A stretch of 63,383 nucleotides of DNA from an uncultured Sulfurimonas sp. (GTDB lineage Bacteria; Campylobacterota; Campylobacteria; Campylobacterales; Sulfurimonadaceae): positions 1 to 63,383 of the forward strand of contig CAYRVR010000001.1 in assembly GCA_964427835.1 (NCBI GenBank), in the 5' to 3' direction. Shown piece by piece: positions 48,518 through 59,848 of the stretch. The notes beneath the pieces were generated by a model, which did no database searches, was not told the origin of the DNA, and saw only the letters and a list, made by a program, of their open reading frames with translations. The stretch's first letter is position 1, and the number at the start of each line of letters is the position of its first letter. Both the position numbers and the translations under genes were made by a program.

Positions 48518-49290
48518 TTGAATTCTCCTGTTCGTATACTATGGAGCAATAAGGCTGCGTTTGTAGAGTGGGAACTTCTAATATATTTGGTTAATACATT
48601 AATAGCTTTTTGTTTATGATGCGTTTTTACAAGTGTTTTTGCAAAAATAATCCAACTATCTTCTATGTTCGAATTGAGTTGGTTTGTAATTAATGCATAT
48701 TGTGAAGCTTTTTCATAATCTTTTAATTCATAATATTTTTTTGCCAAAAAAAGACTTAATGCAGGATTTTTATCTTTTTGAAAACGTGAAAGTATATTTT
48801 TAATATCATGAGCAGTATTTTGTTTTACTATGGTAATATGAGGTACAGCAATAACTTCTACTTTCTTTTGTTTATGAGGAAGTCTTTGTATATTGTTTTT
48901 CTTCTTCTTTTGCACTATTTTCTTATGTTGTGGAATTTGCTCTTGTTTTTGAATATATGGTGATTTTTGTGTGAATGTAGTCATAAAATCCATTGATGGA
49001 GACAATACTCTGGCACTTATGTTATTATCTGTAGAAATATGCACATCTTTTTGTTTGCTTGAATGTTTATTTGCTGTAATAGTCTGTCTCTTCTTTTCAG
49101 GGATTGTCTGTTTTTTGATAATATTATTTTTAAGTGAACTATTAGCATCTTTTTTCTCTTCTGTAGAGAGAGCAAAAAGAAAATAACTGATAACAATAAT
49201 GATGAGTAAGCTTAAAAGTACAATATAAGGCATAAAAGATTTAATCTTATATTTAAACCAACGTTTTTCCAAATCAGTAATATTAAGCAT
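48514..49290 (-). CDS. Membrane-anchored TPR protein (CtsX/MshN-like)
   Basis: TM, low-complexity linker, C-terminal TPR-like helices. Confidence 0.6.
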   Translation of the reverse strand: MLNITDLEKRWFKYKIKSFMPYIVLLSLLIIIVISYFLFALSTEEKKDANSSLKNNIIKKQTIPEKKRQTITANKHSSKQKDVHISTDNNISARVLSPSMDFMTTFTQKSPYIQKQEQIPQHKKIVQKKKKNNIQRLPHKQKKVEVIAVPHITIVKQNTAHDIKNILSRFQKDKNPALSLFLAKKYYELKDYEKASQYALITNQLNSNIEDSWIIFAKTLVKTHHKQKAINVLTKYIRSSHSTNAALLLHSIRTGEFK

Positions 49291-50092
49291 CTATCAAACC
49301 TGTATGTATTGCAGCCATTTCTATCATTTTATTTGGAATTTTATTTCTTGATATTTTATGCATTCTGTTATTTTCTTCATAAGCAAGGTATAAATCAAAA
49401 AGAGTATAAAGAAGTTTATTTGTATCTCTGTAGTTACCCTTTGTAAGTTTATGAATGGTATGGACAGTTTTGTCAGTAAAAATATTTGCCGTATCGAAGC
49501 AGTTGGCTTTCATCAGTTTTTTTTGAATATATATTTTCAATTCACCTTTTGAAGAGTTTTCAAGTTCAATAGTCTCCCATATTCTTGTCTTAAAGTGCTC
49601 TTTTGCTATAAGATCCTCTTCTTGTGTCTTGTGAAGTGTAATCACAAACTTTACGGTTCTTGTATCAGAAAGCAAACGGATTTTTTCCATTAATGCTTCT
49701 GAATAGAGCTGCGCCTCATCGAGTAAGACCACTGGTATGGATGACAAGTGTTGGCTATTTACAATTTTCATAAATTGTGTAAAGTTCAGTTCTCCACTAT
49801 ACTTAGTACCAAATATATCCTGTGCAAGAAGCTTATAAAACTCACTTTCATCTAGAATAGGAGTATCATAAAGATATATATCTTGAGAAGGGGAGAGATC
49901 ATGGTAAAGTTTTTTTAAAAACATACTCTTGCCTGTCCCTGGTTTTCCATAGAGGAGAATCATTTTCAAAGGTTTTTTTATAGAGTCTTTGAGAGACTGA
50001 TAGATCATAGAGACTCTATCAAGTTGTACATAGTCTTTTGAATCCACAGTATCTATAAAGACATCCTTTGAATTTAGATAAATACTGTTCAT
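49283..50092 (-). CDS. AAA ATPase (CtsP/ExeA/MshM-like)
   Basis: GKPGTGKS, LLDEAQ, TKGNYR..NKL. Confidence 0.8.
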   Translation of the reverse strand: MNSIYLNSKDVFIDTVDSKDYVQLDRVSMIYQSLKDSIKKPLKMILLYGKPGTGKSMFLKKLYHDLSPSQDIYLYDTPILDESEFYKLLAQDIFGTKYSGELNFTQFMKIVNSQHLSSIPVVLLDEAQLYSEALMEKIRLLSDTRTVKFVITLHKTQEEDLIAKEHFKTRIWETIELENSSKGELKIYIQKKLMKANCFDTANIFTDKTVHTIHKLTKGNYRDTNKLLYTLFDLYLAYEENNRMHKISRNKIPNKMIEMAAIHTGLIDA

Positions 50093-50104
50093 TAATATAA
50101 AATC

Positions 50105-51721
50105 CTATTTTGTATTATTTTTTTTATTTTTCTTTGAAGAAGATTTGGACAGAAGGTCGTCTTCAAAACCTTTATATCCAAGTTCTGATAAAGAAATAGA
50201 ATTGTTTTCTTTATGAATAATATGTGGTTCAATAATGATTACCAACTCCTGAGTCTCTTTTGTCTTTTCAGAATATTTAAATAAAGGGCTTATAAGTGGA
50301 ATATCACCCAATAATGGTACTTTATTTGTTTTTGTACTATTTTTTGTGTTAATTAAACCACCTAAAATAATTCTATTACCATCTTTCACTGTTACAACAG
50401 AGGAGAGTTGACGACGATTTAAATCTGGTGGCATTTCTCTTCCCGTATTGACTGTTTGTGAAATATCTCTTGTCGTCTCAGAGAGAGAAGGATTTATTTT
50501 CAGCGTGATAGTATTATCATCAGATATTTCAGGAGTAATTGTCAGAAGAACACCTGCAAATACTGATTGAATCAGGTTGTTTTGTGTGGTAGCTGCAAGT
50601 CCACCACCTGAACCTTGTTGGTTTGTAGAAGATTTAATTTGATAAAAATATTCCGTACCAGCAGTTATTAGTGCAGGCTGATTATTTAATGTAAGAACCT
50701 TCGGGTTTGAGATGGAAGTAACATCACCTTGAGTCTTGAGAAATTTAATAATTTGGTTAAGCTTACCACCAGCTTTAATACTTACTAGATTACCAACAGC
50801 ATTAATACCTCCATTAGTCATTTCAGAGATACTGACATCACCATTATCATCTGTCCATTTTGTTACATTTTGATTGCTTAAATGATGTATACTTAAGTCT
50901 ATATTCTGTAGTGCATACAGTTGTTTCCAATCAATACCTGTAGTTTTTCCTTCACTCATCGTAACAGCAAGAAGTTGTACATCAATGAGCACTTGTAGCT
51001 GTACTTTACTTTGTAGTCGATGCAGATAATTTTTAAATCTATCAAGTTGTTGTTTTGTTGCCGTTATTGTAATTAGCCCCGCATTTTTATTAATAATTGG
51101 AGCTGTTGCTTTGTATGTGTCTTCTGGGCGATTGAGCACTTTTTGAAATTCAGTGTCAAGTTGTTCCCAAAATCTTACTTCATCAGTACTTTCAATTTTA
51201 ATTCCTGTGTCTGAAGTTGCATTACTTCCTGCATCAGAATTTGCACCAGAAGATCCACTTCCAGAATTACTTTGGCTTTGTTGTTGGGAACCATAAGCGT
51301 TATCTTGAGTGTTTGGTGATGATGAACTTAACGTAACATCGGTACTACCTGTACTTTTTCTTTGGGATAAAATATAATCTATATTGAAAATTTTTGTTGT
51401 TAAATAGGAAATTTTCAATAAATTATTTTTTAATGAGTAGGTTAAATTATTTTCACCTAGGATTATATTCAAAACTTCATCAATCGTTAGATTCTTTAAG
51501 TTAGTTTTATTGAGATGTTTATTAAGGTATTTCTCTGCCTGTGGATCTGTCACAATAATACTATAACCACACTCATCACTCAGTTGATTTACAAAGTCAA
51601 TTATTTTAGTATTTTTTGTCGAACTTATACTAAAAAGTTCATAAGAACAGTCAGCAAAACTACTTGTCGATAACATGAGTGTTACTACAGTTGCGCACAC
51701 TGATTTAGTTAGATATTTCAT
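50105..51721 (-). CDS. Secretin (MshL/CtsD/GspD family)
   Basis: GIDW, SNPKVLTLNNQPA.I, ILGGLI, KVPLLGDIP, ELVIIIEP. Confidence 0.9.
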   Translation of the reverse strand: MKYLTKSVCATVVTLMLSTSSFADCSYELFSISSTKNTKIIDFVNQLSDECGYSIIVTDPQAEKYLNKHLNKTNLKNLTIDEVLNIILGENNLTYSLKNNLLKISYLTTKIFNIDYILSQRKSTGSTDVTLSSSSPNTQDNAYGSQQQSQSNSGSGSSGANSDAGSNATSDTGIKIESTDEVRFWEQLDTEFQKVLNRPEDTYKATAPIINKNAGLITITATKQQLDRFKNYLHRLQSKVQLQVLIDVQLLAVTMSEGKTTGIDWKQLYALQNIDLSIHHLSNQNVTKWTDDNGDVSISEMTNGGINAVGNLVSIKAGGKLNQIIKFLKTQGDVTSISNPKVLTLNNQPALITAGTEYFYQIKSSTNQQGSGGGLAATTQNNLIQSVFAGVLLTITPEISDDNTITLKINPSLSETTRDISQTVNTGREMPPDLNRRQLSSVVTVKDGNRIILGGLINTKNSTKTNKVPLLGDIPLISPLFKYSEKTKETQELVIIIEPHIIHKENNSISLSELGYKGFEDDLLSKSSSKKNKKNNTK

Positions 51722-51730
51722 CGTATATTC

Positions 51731-52174
51731 CTATTTATTGTGAAGTTTTAAATTTTTACTTTTACTCACAGTTGAGAGAAGTAATTTTTTGTTTTGTTTT
51801 TGTAAAAGTACAGCAGTTCGTTGCACTTTTACAATTTTGTAACCATATACACGCTGTCCTTCTTTATACCATCGTTTATTAATCATAACAGATTTATTGA
51901 GAATGGCATCTAAGTGTAACTTTCTAGTATAGTGTTTTTTCACATAGTGCACGTGACGTTTTACTCTTTTTGCTTTTACACCCTTTTTATCAGAGAGATT
52001 TTTTTCAGGGAGTATTAAAAAAATAAAAGGATCCTTCAGTCGAGCAATCTCTTTGTCTGTTATTCCAACTCGTGAGGGCTGAATTGCTTGCACTTGCTCA
52101 TCAACCCAAGACAATTCATTTGCGTCTAGTTGGTTAACAAGTAGAAAAAATAGTATGATTGTTAAAGTTTTCAT
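51731..52174 (-). CDS. PilP/MshK-like accessory protein
   Basis: Signal peptide, LKDPF motif, LDAILN..VMIN beta-rich C-terminus; TAATG overlap supports start 52174. Confidence 0.55.
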   Translation of the reverse strand: MKTLTIILFFLLVNQLDANELSWVDEQVQAIQPSRVGITDKEIARLKDPFIFLILPEKNLSDKKGVKAKRVKRHVHYVKKHYTRKLHLDAILNKSVMINKRWYKEGQRVYGYKIVKVQRTAVLLQKQNKKLLLSTVSKSKNLKLHNK

Positions 52175-52806
52175 TAATATGTAATCCCCCATACAGATAT
52201 ATTTAAGTCTGATTGTAAAGAATCATTTGCATCAATCTTAAAATCATGAATGTCAACTACTAAATTACTTTGTTCGAGTGCATTTATAAATTTAAGTGTA
52301 TTATGAAACTCACCGGTTGATACAACATATATATCAAGCATATGTCCAAAATCACTATTTGCTTTTGCATATTGATTTTTTAGATTGAGTAATTGAACAT
52401 GGTATTTCTGCGCATTAGTCGCAATGGAGTCTAAATACTCTCCCCAGCTTTTTTCGTCATAGATTAAAGAAGATATCGTTTCAATCTTGCTTTTAATATA
52501 TTCATTTGTGTCTTTTATTTGTGCCACTTCGTCTTTAATTCTTTTTATCTGTGCATCAAGTTGTGTAATTTTTGACGCAGGATTCATTTGTAAAAATCGT
52601 TTGTCTGCTGCAATTTTATTTTCTAAATTAGCAACATTTTTACGTGTATTTTCAAAACTTTCAAAAGAACTGTCCCAAAAAAGTAAATAAGAAAATGCAA
52701 AAATACCAACAACAACCATAATATAGGTCATATAAAGTTCTTTTTGTGTTTTATTCTTAAGAGCTAAATCAATTTTATGTAAGTAATCTTCATAGTTTAT
52801 TTTCAT
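52174..52806 (-). CDS. PilO/GspM/MshJ-like protein
   Basis: TM + coiled coil + GEFH..LKFIN.LE ferredoxin-like domain. Confidence 0.65.
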   Translation of the reverse strand: MKINYEDYLHKIDLALKNKTQKELYMTYIMVVVGIFAFSYLLFWDSSFESFENTRKNVANLENKIAADKRFLQMNPASKITQLDAQIKRIKDEVAQIKDTNEYIKSKIETISSLIYDEKSWGEYLDSIATNAQKYHVQLLNLKNQYAKANSDFGHMLDIYVVSTGEFHNTLKFINALEQSNLVVDIHDFKIDANDSLQSDLNISVWGITY

Positions 52807-54338
52807 AATATTTTCACCTTTAACTCACTAAAGTATTTATTTGCATCTTCATCAAATCGAATCTCTTTGAGATCAAAATTGTATTTTTCTTGATATTTAG
52901 ATGTTAAGTATTCAACAAGTTGGGTAATTTTTCTATCGCTGTTTGCTACAAGCTGTAAAGATAGTATTTTACTATTCTTTGGTTGTGTATATTCTACAGA
53001 TCGCACATTTACATGAAAACGATTGAGGTCTTTTGTAAACATTGCAAGCAATTTCGCCTTCATTGGATAATCTACTTTTACTTTATGTATCTTCATTAAA
53101 GTATTTTTTTTGTCTATATAATCTTTTTTTTCATCTTCTAGCAACGTAATAGCTTTTTCTTTGTCTGCTATTCTATTTTTAATAGTGGCTTCTCTTGTTA
53201 TTTTTTGTATATGTACCTCTTTATACTCTTGTTTAAGAAGATCTTCTTGTAACTCTTGTGCGTAAGTTAAAATCCAATATGTAATAGGATAAGCAAAAGC
53301 GAGTGCAAAAGATGCAAAAGTTAATATAATTAATTTTCCACTTTCTCGTTTTATGAATTTAGGAGGTCTCTTATAAACAGTAAAATTACAATTGTAACGC
53401 TCATCTTTTTGTATATTTGTGTAAAGGTGCATGAGCAGATGGAGTTGGTCGACGTAACTCTCATTAGTCTCAAAACCATAATCAAAATCAAATTCACTTG
53501 ATTTAATATTCAGTTCAACTTCAAGCATTTCATGAAGTTTGGTAACTGTTGGTACTTGCGCACCAATGTAGACATGTTCAAATTTTTCAATTTCAAATGC
53601 TCTTTTTGCGTAAGTTAATATATCATTAATATTTGCAAAGAGTTCCTTATAAAGTCGTATAAAAAATTGCTTATATTCACTATTACTATCTTTTAAACTT
53701 TCATTTGAAAAATAGTTTAAAAACTGATCATAGTCAATACGCTCACCATAGAGTTCACAAAATCTTTCATGCATATCTAGTAATGAAAATTTAATCGATT
53801 TAGTATAGACAAATTCTTGCTCTTCATAAATTGTAATAAAAGCATCATTTTCTTGAATATAAATAAAACAGTGAACCCCGTTGTTTTCAATAATTTCTTT
53901 TGTATAAATTGATTTTATTAGGAGCGGTGCAGGTATTATAACGTCAATATACTTGACTTTTTCGACAGGCTGAAGAAAAGTATTTGTTATATCGAGAGGA
54001 TCAACTATAAAGACGTGAAAATGTCTGTTCTCCTCATCTAAAACATTAAAAGTTTCAATGTATTGTATCTTATACTCTACTGCCTGATCGAGTGCTAGTT
54101 CATCATATGCTTTGCTGTTAATAGCATCATATAAATCTTCATCAGGAATATTCTTACTAATGGCAATTTGTGCATTGATAAAGTCTTTCGTATTGAGATA
54201 CGAAATGACAAATTGCTCTTTTGAATACTCTGGCGAAGCCGTTTTACTAATAAAACTCGATATACCACTAAAGTATGTTTCCTTATATGGATTAACCGAT
54301 AGTACACTTGTAAATGATTGTTGTGTTGATGCACCCAT
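52803..54338 (-). CDS. PilM-PilN (GspL/MshI-like) fusion protein
   Basis: Large cytoplasmic domain, NCNF motif, single TM, coiled coil; position before the PilO-like gene. Confidence 0.6.
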   Translation of the reverse strand: MGASTQQSFTSVLSVNPYKETYFSGISSFISKTASPEYSKEQFVISYLNTKDFINAQIAISKNIPDEDLYDAINSKAYDELALDQAVEYKIQYIETFNVLDEENRHFHVFIVDPLDITNTFLQPVEKVKYIDVIIPAPLLIKSIYTKEIIENNGVHCFIYIQENDAFITIYEEQEFVYTKSIKFSLLDMHERFCELYGERIDYDQFLNYFSNESLKDSNSEYKQFFIRLYKELFANINDILTYAKRAFEIEKFEHVYIGAQVPTVTKLHEMLEVELNIKSSEFDFDYGFETNESYVDQLHLLMHLYTNIQKDERYNCNFTVYKRPPKFIKRESGKLIILTFASFALAFAYPITYWILTYAQELQEDLLKQEYKEVHIQKITREATIKNRIADKEKAITLLEDEKKDYIDKKNTLMKIHKVKVDYPMKAKLLAMFTKDLNRFHVNVRSVEYTQPKNSKILSLQLVANSDRKITQLVEYLTSKYQEKYNFDLKEIRFDEDANKYFSELKVKIL

Positions 54339-54349
54339 TAATCATAATC

Positions 54350-55636
54350 CTATTTAAAATGAACCATTATCATGGAACAAAATTCGTTATTTTTATAAAA
54401 CTCAACTCTAAATACTTTCCCACTCGTATCAACCGAATATCTTTTATTTAAGTTTTTGTAAGATATGTCAATATCACTTTCGTTTGTAACACCACGTTTA
54501 GCATAACCGATTACATTGACACGGCTAGTATTATTTTCACTTACCTTAAAATCGTCACTTACAAAAATTTCTGAAGTTTTTGTGGCAGAAATTTTTTTTC
54601 CATCCACTTCAACTCCGTATTGAAGAGGACAACTCTTAGACAGTTTAAAATATTGTGGCTTTAATTTTACAACTAAATGATTTGCTATATAAACTAAATA
54701 TTCCCCCTTCACTTTTTTGACAAAACCTAAAGGATTTGAAAAATGAAAGCTGTTCTTGGATGATTTTATCGGAATATAGCTTAAAGATTTTTTTATATTG
54801 TTTAAATCTAACAAAATATTGTGATTTATTTCCAAAGTTCCATAGTTTTTTATAATTTTTCGTAGATTTTTTTCATTCAGTTGAAAGTCTCTATGAAACT
54901 TAATTCCCATTATATTCATAAAGCCTTCTATTGCGCAGAGTTGATAAAAAACTTTTTGTTCGACAGTGGAGAGATATTTACTTGTCTCAATTGCAAAAGC
55001 AGGTTTGTTATGTGTAACAGCAAAGTAGGTTAAAGAGAGTTGCATAGCTTTGTCATGTCTTTTTGTCTTCGTGTTTTTTACGTTAAAGAGATGGTATTTT
55101 TGCAACAGGTTTTTATTCACATTTTTTTGTACTTTTTTTGCAATGCACTCTAGGTTTGCATAAGGTTTTTTAGTATTTAGAGAACATTGATCAATGATGC
55201 ACGCTTGTCCCCATGCTTTTGGATTAAAAATGGCACTTTCGTATTTATGTCTAAAAAAACCATGTCCATCATGTAAATTTAAAATTAGAGAAACTTTTTT
55301 TGATAAAATGATTTTTTTTACGGCTTCTACTATCTGCTTATCTTTGTCATTTTTTTTTATTGTAGCAAATTTTCTATTCATATCACCATGTATACCACGC
55401 TTGTATGCGACTATACTCTCTTTGTTTAAATTAGGAATGATCCATAAGCTTTTTGATTGTATGGTGTAATGTGTTGCTAAAATGGCTGGTGCAAAGTAAC
55501 CACCTGGCTCATTTCCATGGATACCCCCAATTACAAGTAGCGTTGTGTTTGCATCAGGATTTCCTTTCTTTATTAAGTTAATACTTCCAAAGAGAGTAGT
55601 ACTTAACAAGAGGAAGCTGATATAGAAAAAATGCAT
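54350..55636 (-). CDS. M99 family peptidoglycan DL-carboxypeptidase (Csd4/Pgp1-like)
   Basis: GGIHGNEPGG, GDMNRKF, LNLHDG.GF, WGQ..IIDQ, AFAIETSK. Confidence 0.85.
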   Translation of the reverse strand: MHFFYISFLLLSTTLFGSINLIKKGNPDANTTLLVIGGIHGNEPGGYFAPAILATHYTIQSKSLWIIPNLNKESIVAYKRGIHGDMNRKFATIKKNDKDKQIVEAVKKIILSKKVSLILNLHDGHGFFRHKYESAIFNPKAWGQACIIDQCSLNTKKPYANLECIAKKVQKNVNKNLLQKYHLFNVKNTKTKRHDKAMQLSLTYFAVTHNKPAFAIETSKYLSTVEQKVFYQLCAIEGFMNIMGIKFHRDFQLNEKNLRKIIKNYGTLEINHNILLDLNNIKKSLSYIPIKSSKNSFHFSNPLGFVKKVKGEYLVYIANHLVVKLKPQYFKLSKSCPLQYGVEVDGKKISATKTSEIFVSDDFKVSENNTSRVNVIGYAKRGVTNESDIDISYKNLNKRYSVDTSGKVFRVEFYKNNEFCSMIMVHFK

Positions 55637-55639
55637 CTG

Positions 55640-56629
55640 TTACTGCTCGGTTATAATAGATAATTTATTATTGATAAGCTTTACAATTAAAGTTTTATCT
55701 CCATGAAAGGCAAAACTGCTTGATTTGTACTGTTCATTAAATGTAACTTTATAGGTATTGTTAGTATCCGGATAGGGGATGACATTAATATTATTAAATA
55801 CAATGGACTTTTTTTCATTTTTATTAAAAATACGGGTCTTATATTGTTTAAAATGTTTAAAATTCATACCATCGAATCGTTTAAATTTTGGAGAATAAAA
55901 GCTTAGGTATTGGTCTAAATCGTTATATATCCAAGCATATCTCCATGCAAATATATTTGCTAAGAGTGTTGCGAGGTCTTGTTTTGGACGCTTTTCATTT
56001 ACGCTATTTTCATCAATTACAAGTAGTGTTCTTTTTAAATCGATTACACTATTTAAGCAGGTGAGATTTTTATTATGAATTGCTATACAGCCTTTTGTAA
56101 ATTTATCTCTCTTTTGATGCAGTGGTAAGCCATGAATCCATATACCTTGACCTGTTTTACCCTTATACTTGTCAAAAAGATTTGGATAGGATGTAACAAA
56201 TGCCATAGGCCCGTAAAAGGAGTCAATTTTTGAAATTTTCTTCGTGAGACAATAGACTCCAACGGGTGTCCTTAAATCCCCTTGCGTTTGTTTATCACCT
56301 TTATTCTTTCCTGTGTAGGCATTATATGCTTCTTTGAGTTTATAAGTACCATTTTGGTCTTTTTGGTAAATGGAAAGTTTTGATGTTGATTTGTCGCATG
56401 CCAAAATATTTTTGTACGATTCAAGATAACCAAATGAGGTATCAACGTTGCGAAGATATTCACTCCAATAAGACTTTTGAGTGAGTTGTTGATCAAGTTT
56501 TTGTTTTATATTTTTTATACCCTCGTTACGGTACTGGGTAAGAAGTTCTGTATCAACTGCAAATAGGGAAGTGTGAGAAAGGCATAGGAAAAAGAGAAAA
56601 AAAAATGCTCTACTGGTTTTACTGTGCAT
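55640..56629 (-). CDS. L,D-carboxypeptidase (Csd6/Pgp2-like; YkuD + NTF2 domains)
   Basis: GDK..QGDLRTPVG, YPNLFD, GIWIHG, TKGCIA. Confidence 0.85.
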   Translation of the reverse strand: MHSKTSRAFFFLFFLCLSHTSLFAVDTELLTQYRNEGIKNIKQKLDQQLTQKSYWSEYLRNVDTSFGYLESYKNILACDKSTSKLSIYQKDQNGTYKLKEAYNAYTGKNKGDKQTQGDLRTPVGVYCLTKKISKIDSFYGPMAFVTSYPNLFDKYKGKTGQGIWIHGLPLHQKRDKFTKGCIAIHNKNLTCLNSVIDLKRTLLVIDENSVNEKRPKQDLATLLANIFAWRYAWIYNDLDQYLSFYSPKFKRFDGMNFKHFKQYKTRIFNKNEKKSIVFNNINVIPYPDTNNTYKVTFNEQYKSSSFAFHGDKTLIVKLINNKLSIITEQ

Positions 56630-57503
56630 GGTTATATCCTATCTCCTTCAAAAAGTTTTTATCTTTTGTCCAGCCTTTTTTAACGCTAACTTGCAGGTTA
56701 AGGTAAGCTTTTTTCCCGCTGAGTCTTTCAATTTTTTCTCTTGCTGACTTTCCAATACGTTTTATTGCTTCTCCTTTTTTACCAATAATAATACCTTTTT
56801 GAGACTCTTTTTCTATGATTATTGTTGCATATATACGATCAATTTTATTTTCTTCTTCAATTGAATCAATGATTACATCTGATTCATATGGAACTTCATC
56901 ACTAATATTTTCAAAAATGGCTTCGCGTATAAAGCCAGCATAGATATCCCGGACAAGCTCACTTGTTAAATCTTCAGGGTCATATAAATAGGGTGACTCA
57001 GGTAGGAGCTTTGCAATCGTATCAAGTAAATCTTTATGCCCAACTTTACGTGGAATTGCTACTGGAATAAGCGCTTCAAAATGATCTGCATATTTGTTAT
57101 ATGCAGCAATTTTTTTAAAGAGTTTTTCTTGTGATACTTGGTCTATTTTACTGAGTGCTATAATGTGCTTTACATTTTTTTTGTTCAGCTGCAAAAACTT
57201 TTCGTAGTGCTCTGTTGAATCAGTAACAGGTGCAAGATAGACAATGACATCACAATCACCCATCGCTTTTAATGCTTCATCAAGCATAAATTGATTTAAA
57301 ACTTTCTCTTTTTCATGAAGACCAGGAGTATCCACAAAAATTATTTGGGCATCATTATGCATAACGATTGCGTTTGAACGTTTGCGTGTTGCATTGGCTT
57401 TTTGACTTACCATTGCAATTTTTTCACCTAAAAGGGAGTTCATAAGGGTGCTTTTTCCCGCGTTTGGACGTCCTATAAGGGAAACGAAACCAGCTTTTGT
57501 CAT
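56619..57503 (-). CDS. era: GTPase Era
   Basis: GRPNAGKSTL, DTPG, KH domain QKGIIIGK. Confidence 0.95.
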   Translation of the reverse strand: MTKAGFVSLIGRPNAGKSTLMNSLLGEKIAMVSQKANATRKRSNAIVMHNDAQIIFVDTPGLHEKEKVLNQFMLDEALKAMGDCDVIVYLAPVTDSTEHYEKFLQLNKKNVKHIIALSKIDQVSQEKLFKKIAAYNKYADHFEALIPVAIPRKVGHKDLLDTIAKLLPESPYLYDPEDLTSELVRDIYAGFIREAIFENISDEVPYESDVIIDSIEEENKIDRIYATIIIEKESQKGIIIGKKGEAIKRIGKSAREKIERLSGKKAYLNLQVSVKKGWTKDKNFLKEIGYNHAQ

Positions 57504-58828
57504 AATATATACCTTGATAAATCTTCATCTTCTACAGCATCATCAAGTTTTTCATGAACAAGTTGTGCTGTAATACGATACTCTTTGTTTTTATATTCAT
57601 CCGCATGAAAACTTACATCTTCGAGTATTCTCTCAAGTACTGTATGTAAGCGTCTTGCTCCAATGTCCTCTGCTGTTTCATTCGCACGATGGGAAAGTTT
57701 TGCTATTGCACGTACTGCATCATCCTCAAAAATTAACTCCATTCCCTCAACAGCTAAAAGTGCCTGATACTGTTTGAGCAAAGAATTTTGTGTTTGTGTA
57801 AGTATTTTATAAAGTGTTTCTTCGGTTAGAGATTCAAGTTCTACTCGCAGAGGAAAACGTCCCTGGAGTTCTGGAATTAAATCACTTGGTTTACTAACAT
57901 GAAAGGCACCAGCAGCGATGAAAAGAATATGGTCAGTATTTATTGTTCCATATTTTGTAGAGACACTTGAACCTTCTACAATAGGAAGCAAATCTCTTTG
58001 GACTCCCTCTTTTGACGGGTCATTTCTGCCTTGTGATTTTTCACTGAGGGCTATTTTGTCAATTTCATCAAGAAAGATTATACCACCTGTTTCAGCGCGA
58101 CGCAGCGCCTCAGCTGTTACTCTTGTCATATCGAGGAGTTTATTACTCGCTTCTTGGCGTAGTAAGACTTTTGCATCTTTGACTGTAACCTCTTTTTTAT
58201 TGTCTTCTTTGTTTATGGTAGCAAAAACTTTTGAAAAGCTCTCTTGTACTTTTGCCATTTCGGGAGGAAGATTTGTATCATTAAATTCAACATTGAGTTT
58301 TTCTATTTCTAGTTCAATAATCTTATCATCCATCTCTCCTGATGCAACACGCTTCTCTGTCGCTTCTAAAAGTCTGTTGTAGTCATCTTTTTTGCTATCA
58401 CTAGCAGTTGAAGGAAGTGGAGGTACAAGCTTATCTGTAATTTTATTAATGATGTAGTTTTCAATTTTTTCTTTATTTGCTTCTTCTTGTTCAGCTTTTA
58501 CGATACTTATGGAATTTACAACTAAATCACGTATCATTGATTCTACATCACGTCCAACAAAACCAACTTCTGTATATTTGGAGGCTTCTACTTTAATGAA
58601 AGGTACTTTCATCATTTTTGCTAGGCGACGGGATATTTCCGTTTTTCCAACACCGGTTGAACCTATCATTAAAATATTTTTTGGAGTTATCTCATTTTTG
58701 AGTTCATCATCAAGTTGCATTCTTCTGTATCTTGTACGGAGTGCTAATGCTATGGTCTTCTTTGCATCTTTTTGTGCAATGACATAGTCATCTAAGTATG
58801 CAACAATCTCTTTTGGTGTTAAATTCAT
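57500..58828 (-). CDS. hslU: ATP-dependent protease ATPase subunit
   Basis: [38 protein letters not shown]. Confidence 0.97.
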   Translation of the reverse strand: MNLTPKEIVAYLDDYVIAQKDAKKTIALALRTRYRRMQLDDELKNEITPKNILMIGSTGVGKTEISRRLAKMMKVPFIKVEASKYTEVGFVGRDVESMIRDLVVNSISIVKAEQEEANKEKIENYIINKITDKLVPPLPSTASDSKKDDYNRLLEATEKRVASGEMDDKIIELEIEKLNVEFNDTNLPPEMAKVQESFSKVFATINKEDNKKEVTVKDAKVLLRQEASNKLLDMTRVTAEALRRAETGGIIFLDEIDKIALSEKSQGRNDPSKEGVQRDLLPIVEGSSVSTKYGTINTDHILFIAAGAFHVSKPSDLIPELQGRFPLRVELESLTEETLYKILTQTQNSLLKQYQALLAVEGMELIFEDDAVRAIAKLSHRANETAEDIGARRLHTVLERILEDVSFHADEYKNKEYRITAQLVHEKLDDAVEDEDLSRYIL

Positions 58829-59370
58829 GAGTTATTTCCCTCTAATTTTAGAGTTTTGATGTTGTGGTTTGTATAAATACACAAATCAGCAGCAATATGG
58901 AGTGATTCTTTAATGAGCTCTTCCTCGTCAAGAGTTGCATGTTTTTTAAGAGCACGAGCCGCAGAAATAGCAAAATTCCCACCACTGCCAATTGCAGCGA
59001 TTTCTCCATCTTCAGGTTCAACGACATCACCATTTCCCGTAAGGATAAAAATATGATTATTATTGAGTACAATCATCATAGCTTCAAGACGACGCAGGAC
59101 TTTGTCTTTTCTCCAAGCTTTAGAAAATTCAACAACAGACTTAAGTAAATCCCCTTTTTTATTTTCTAAAAACTCTTCAAACATATCAAAAAGATTAAAA
59201 GCATCGGCAGTACTTCCGGCAAAACCTGCTAAGATTTTACCATGGTGGAGTGTGCGAATCTTTGTTGCATTGCCTTTTAAGACACTGTCACCGAAAGTGA
59301 CTTGCCCATCACCACCAATGACCGCTTTGTTCTTGCCTTTATAGGCTAAAATAGTAGTTGCATCAAACAT
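58825..59370 (-). CDS. hslV: ATP-dependent protease peptidase subunit
   Basis: [24 protein letters not shown]. Confidence 0.97.
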   Translation of the reverse strand: MFDATTILAYKGKNKAVIGGDGQVTFGDSVLKGNATKIRTLHHGKILAGFAGSTADAFNLFDMFEEFLENKKGDLLKSVVEFSKAWRKDKVLRRLEAMMIVLNNNHIFILTGNGDVVEPEDGEIAAIGSGGNFAISAARALKKHATLDEEELIKESLHIAADLCIYTNHNIKTLKLEGNNS

Positions 59371-59376
59371 ATAGTA

Positions 59377-59823
59377 TTATTCTCCTTGAACATCCACATG
59401 AAGTGTTGCATGGATTCCATGTCCAAGTTTTAAATCGAGTTCGTGTTCCCCAATTGTTTTAATCGCAGTTTTATCTGTAATGTGTTTTTTATCAATATCT
59501 ATGTTATGTTGTTCTTTAAGTGCTTTTACAACTTCTTCTTTTGTAATCGCTCCAAAAAGATGGCCATTTTCTCCAACTTTTTTAGTAATGATGATTTCTG
59601 CTTTTTCAAGTTTTTGAGCTATATCTTTAAATCTTGTAATCTCATCAGCTAACTCTTTCGCTTTTTTTGCTTCTTGGGCTGCGTGTTCTTCTAAAACTTC
59701 TGGTGTAGCGTGTTTAGCAAAACCTTTTCCAATAAGAAAATTTTTGCCATAACCATCTTTTACCTCTTTTACTTCACCAGCTTTTCCAAGACTTTTTACA
59801 TCTTTTATAAGTAGTACTTTCAT
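59377..59823 (-). CDS. rplI: 50S ribosomal protein L9
   Basis: MKVLL.KDV..LGKAGEV.EVKDGYG.NFL, LFGAIT. Confidence 0.97.
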   Translation of the reverse strand: MKVLLIKDVKSLGKAGEVKEVKDGYGKNFLIGKGFAKHATPEVLEEHAAQEAKKAKELADEITRFKDIAQKLEKAEIIITKKVGENGHLFGAITKEEVVKALKEQHNIDIDKKHITDKTAIKTIGEHELDLKLGHGIHATLHVDVQGE

Positions 59824-59848
59824 AAAAATTATCCTCTTATTTTTTTGA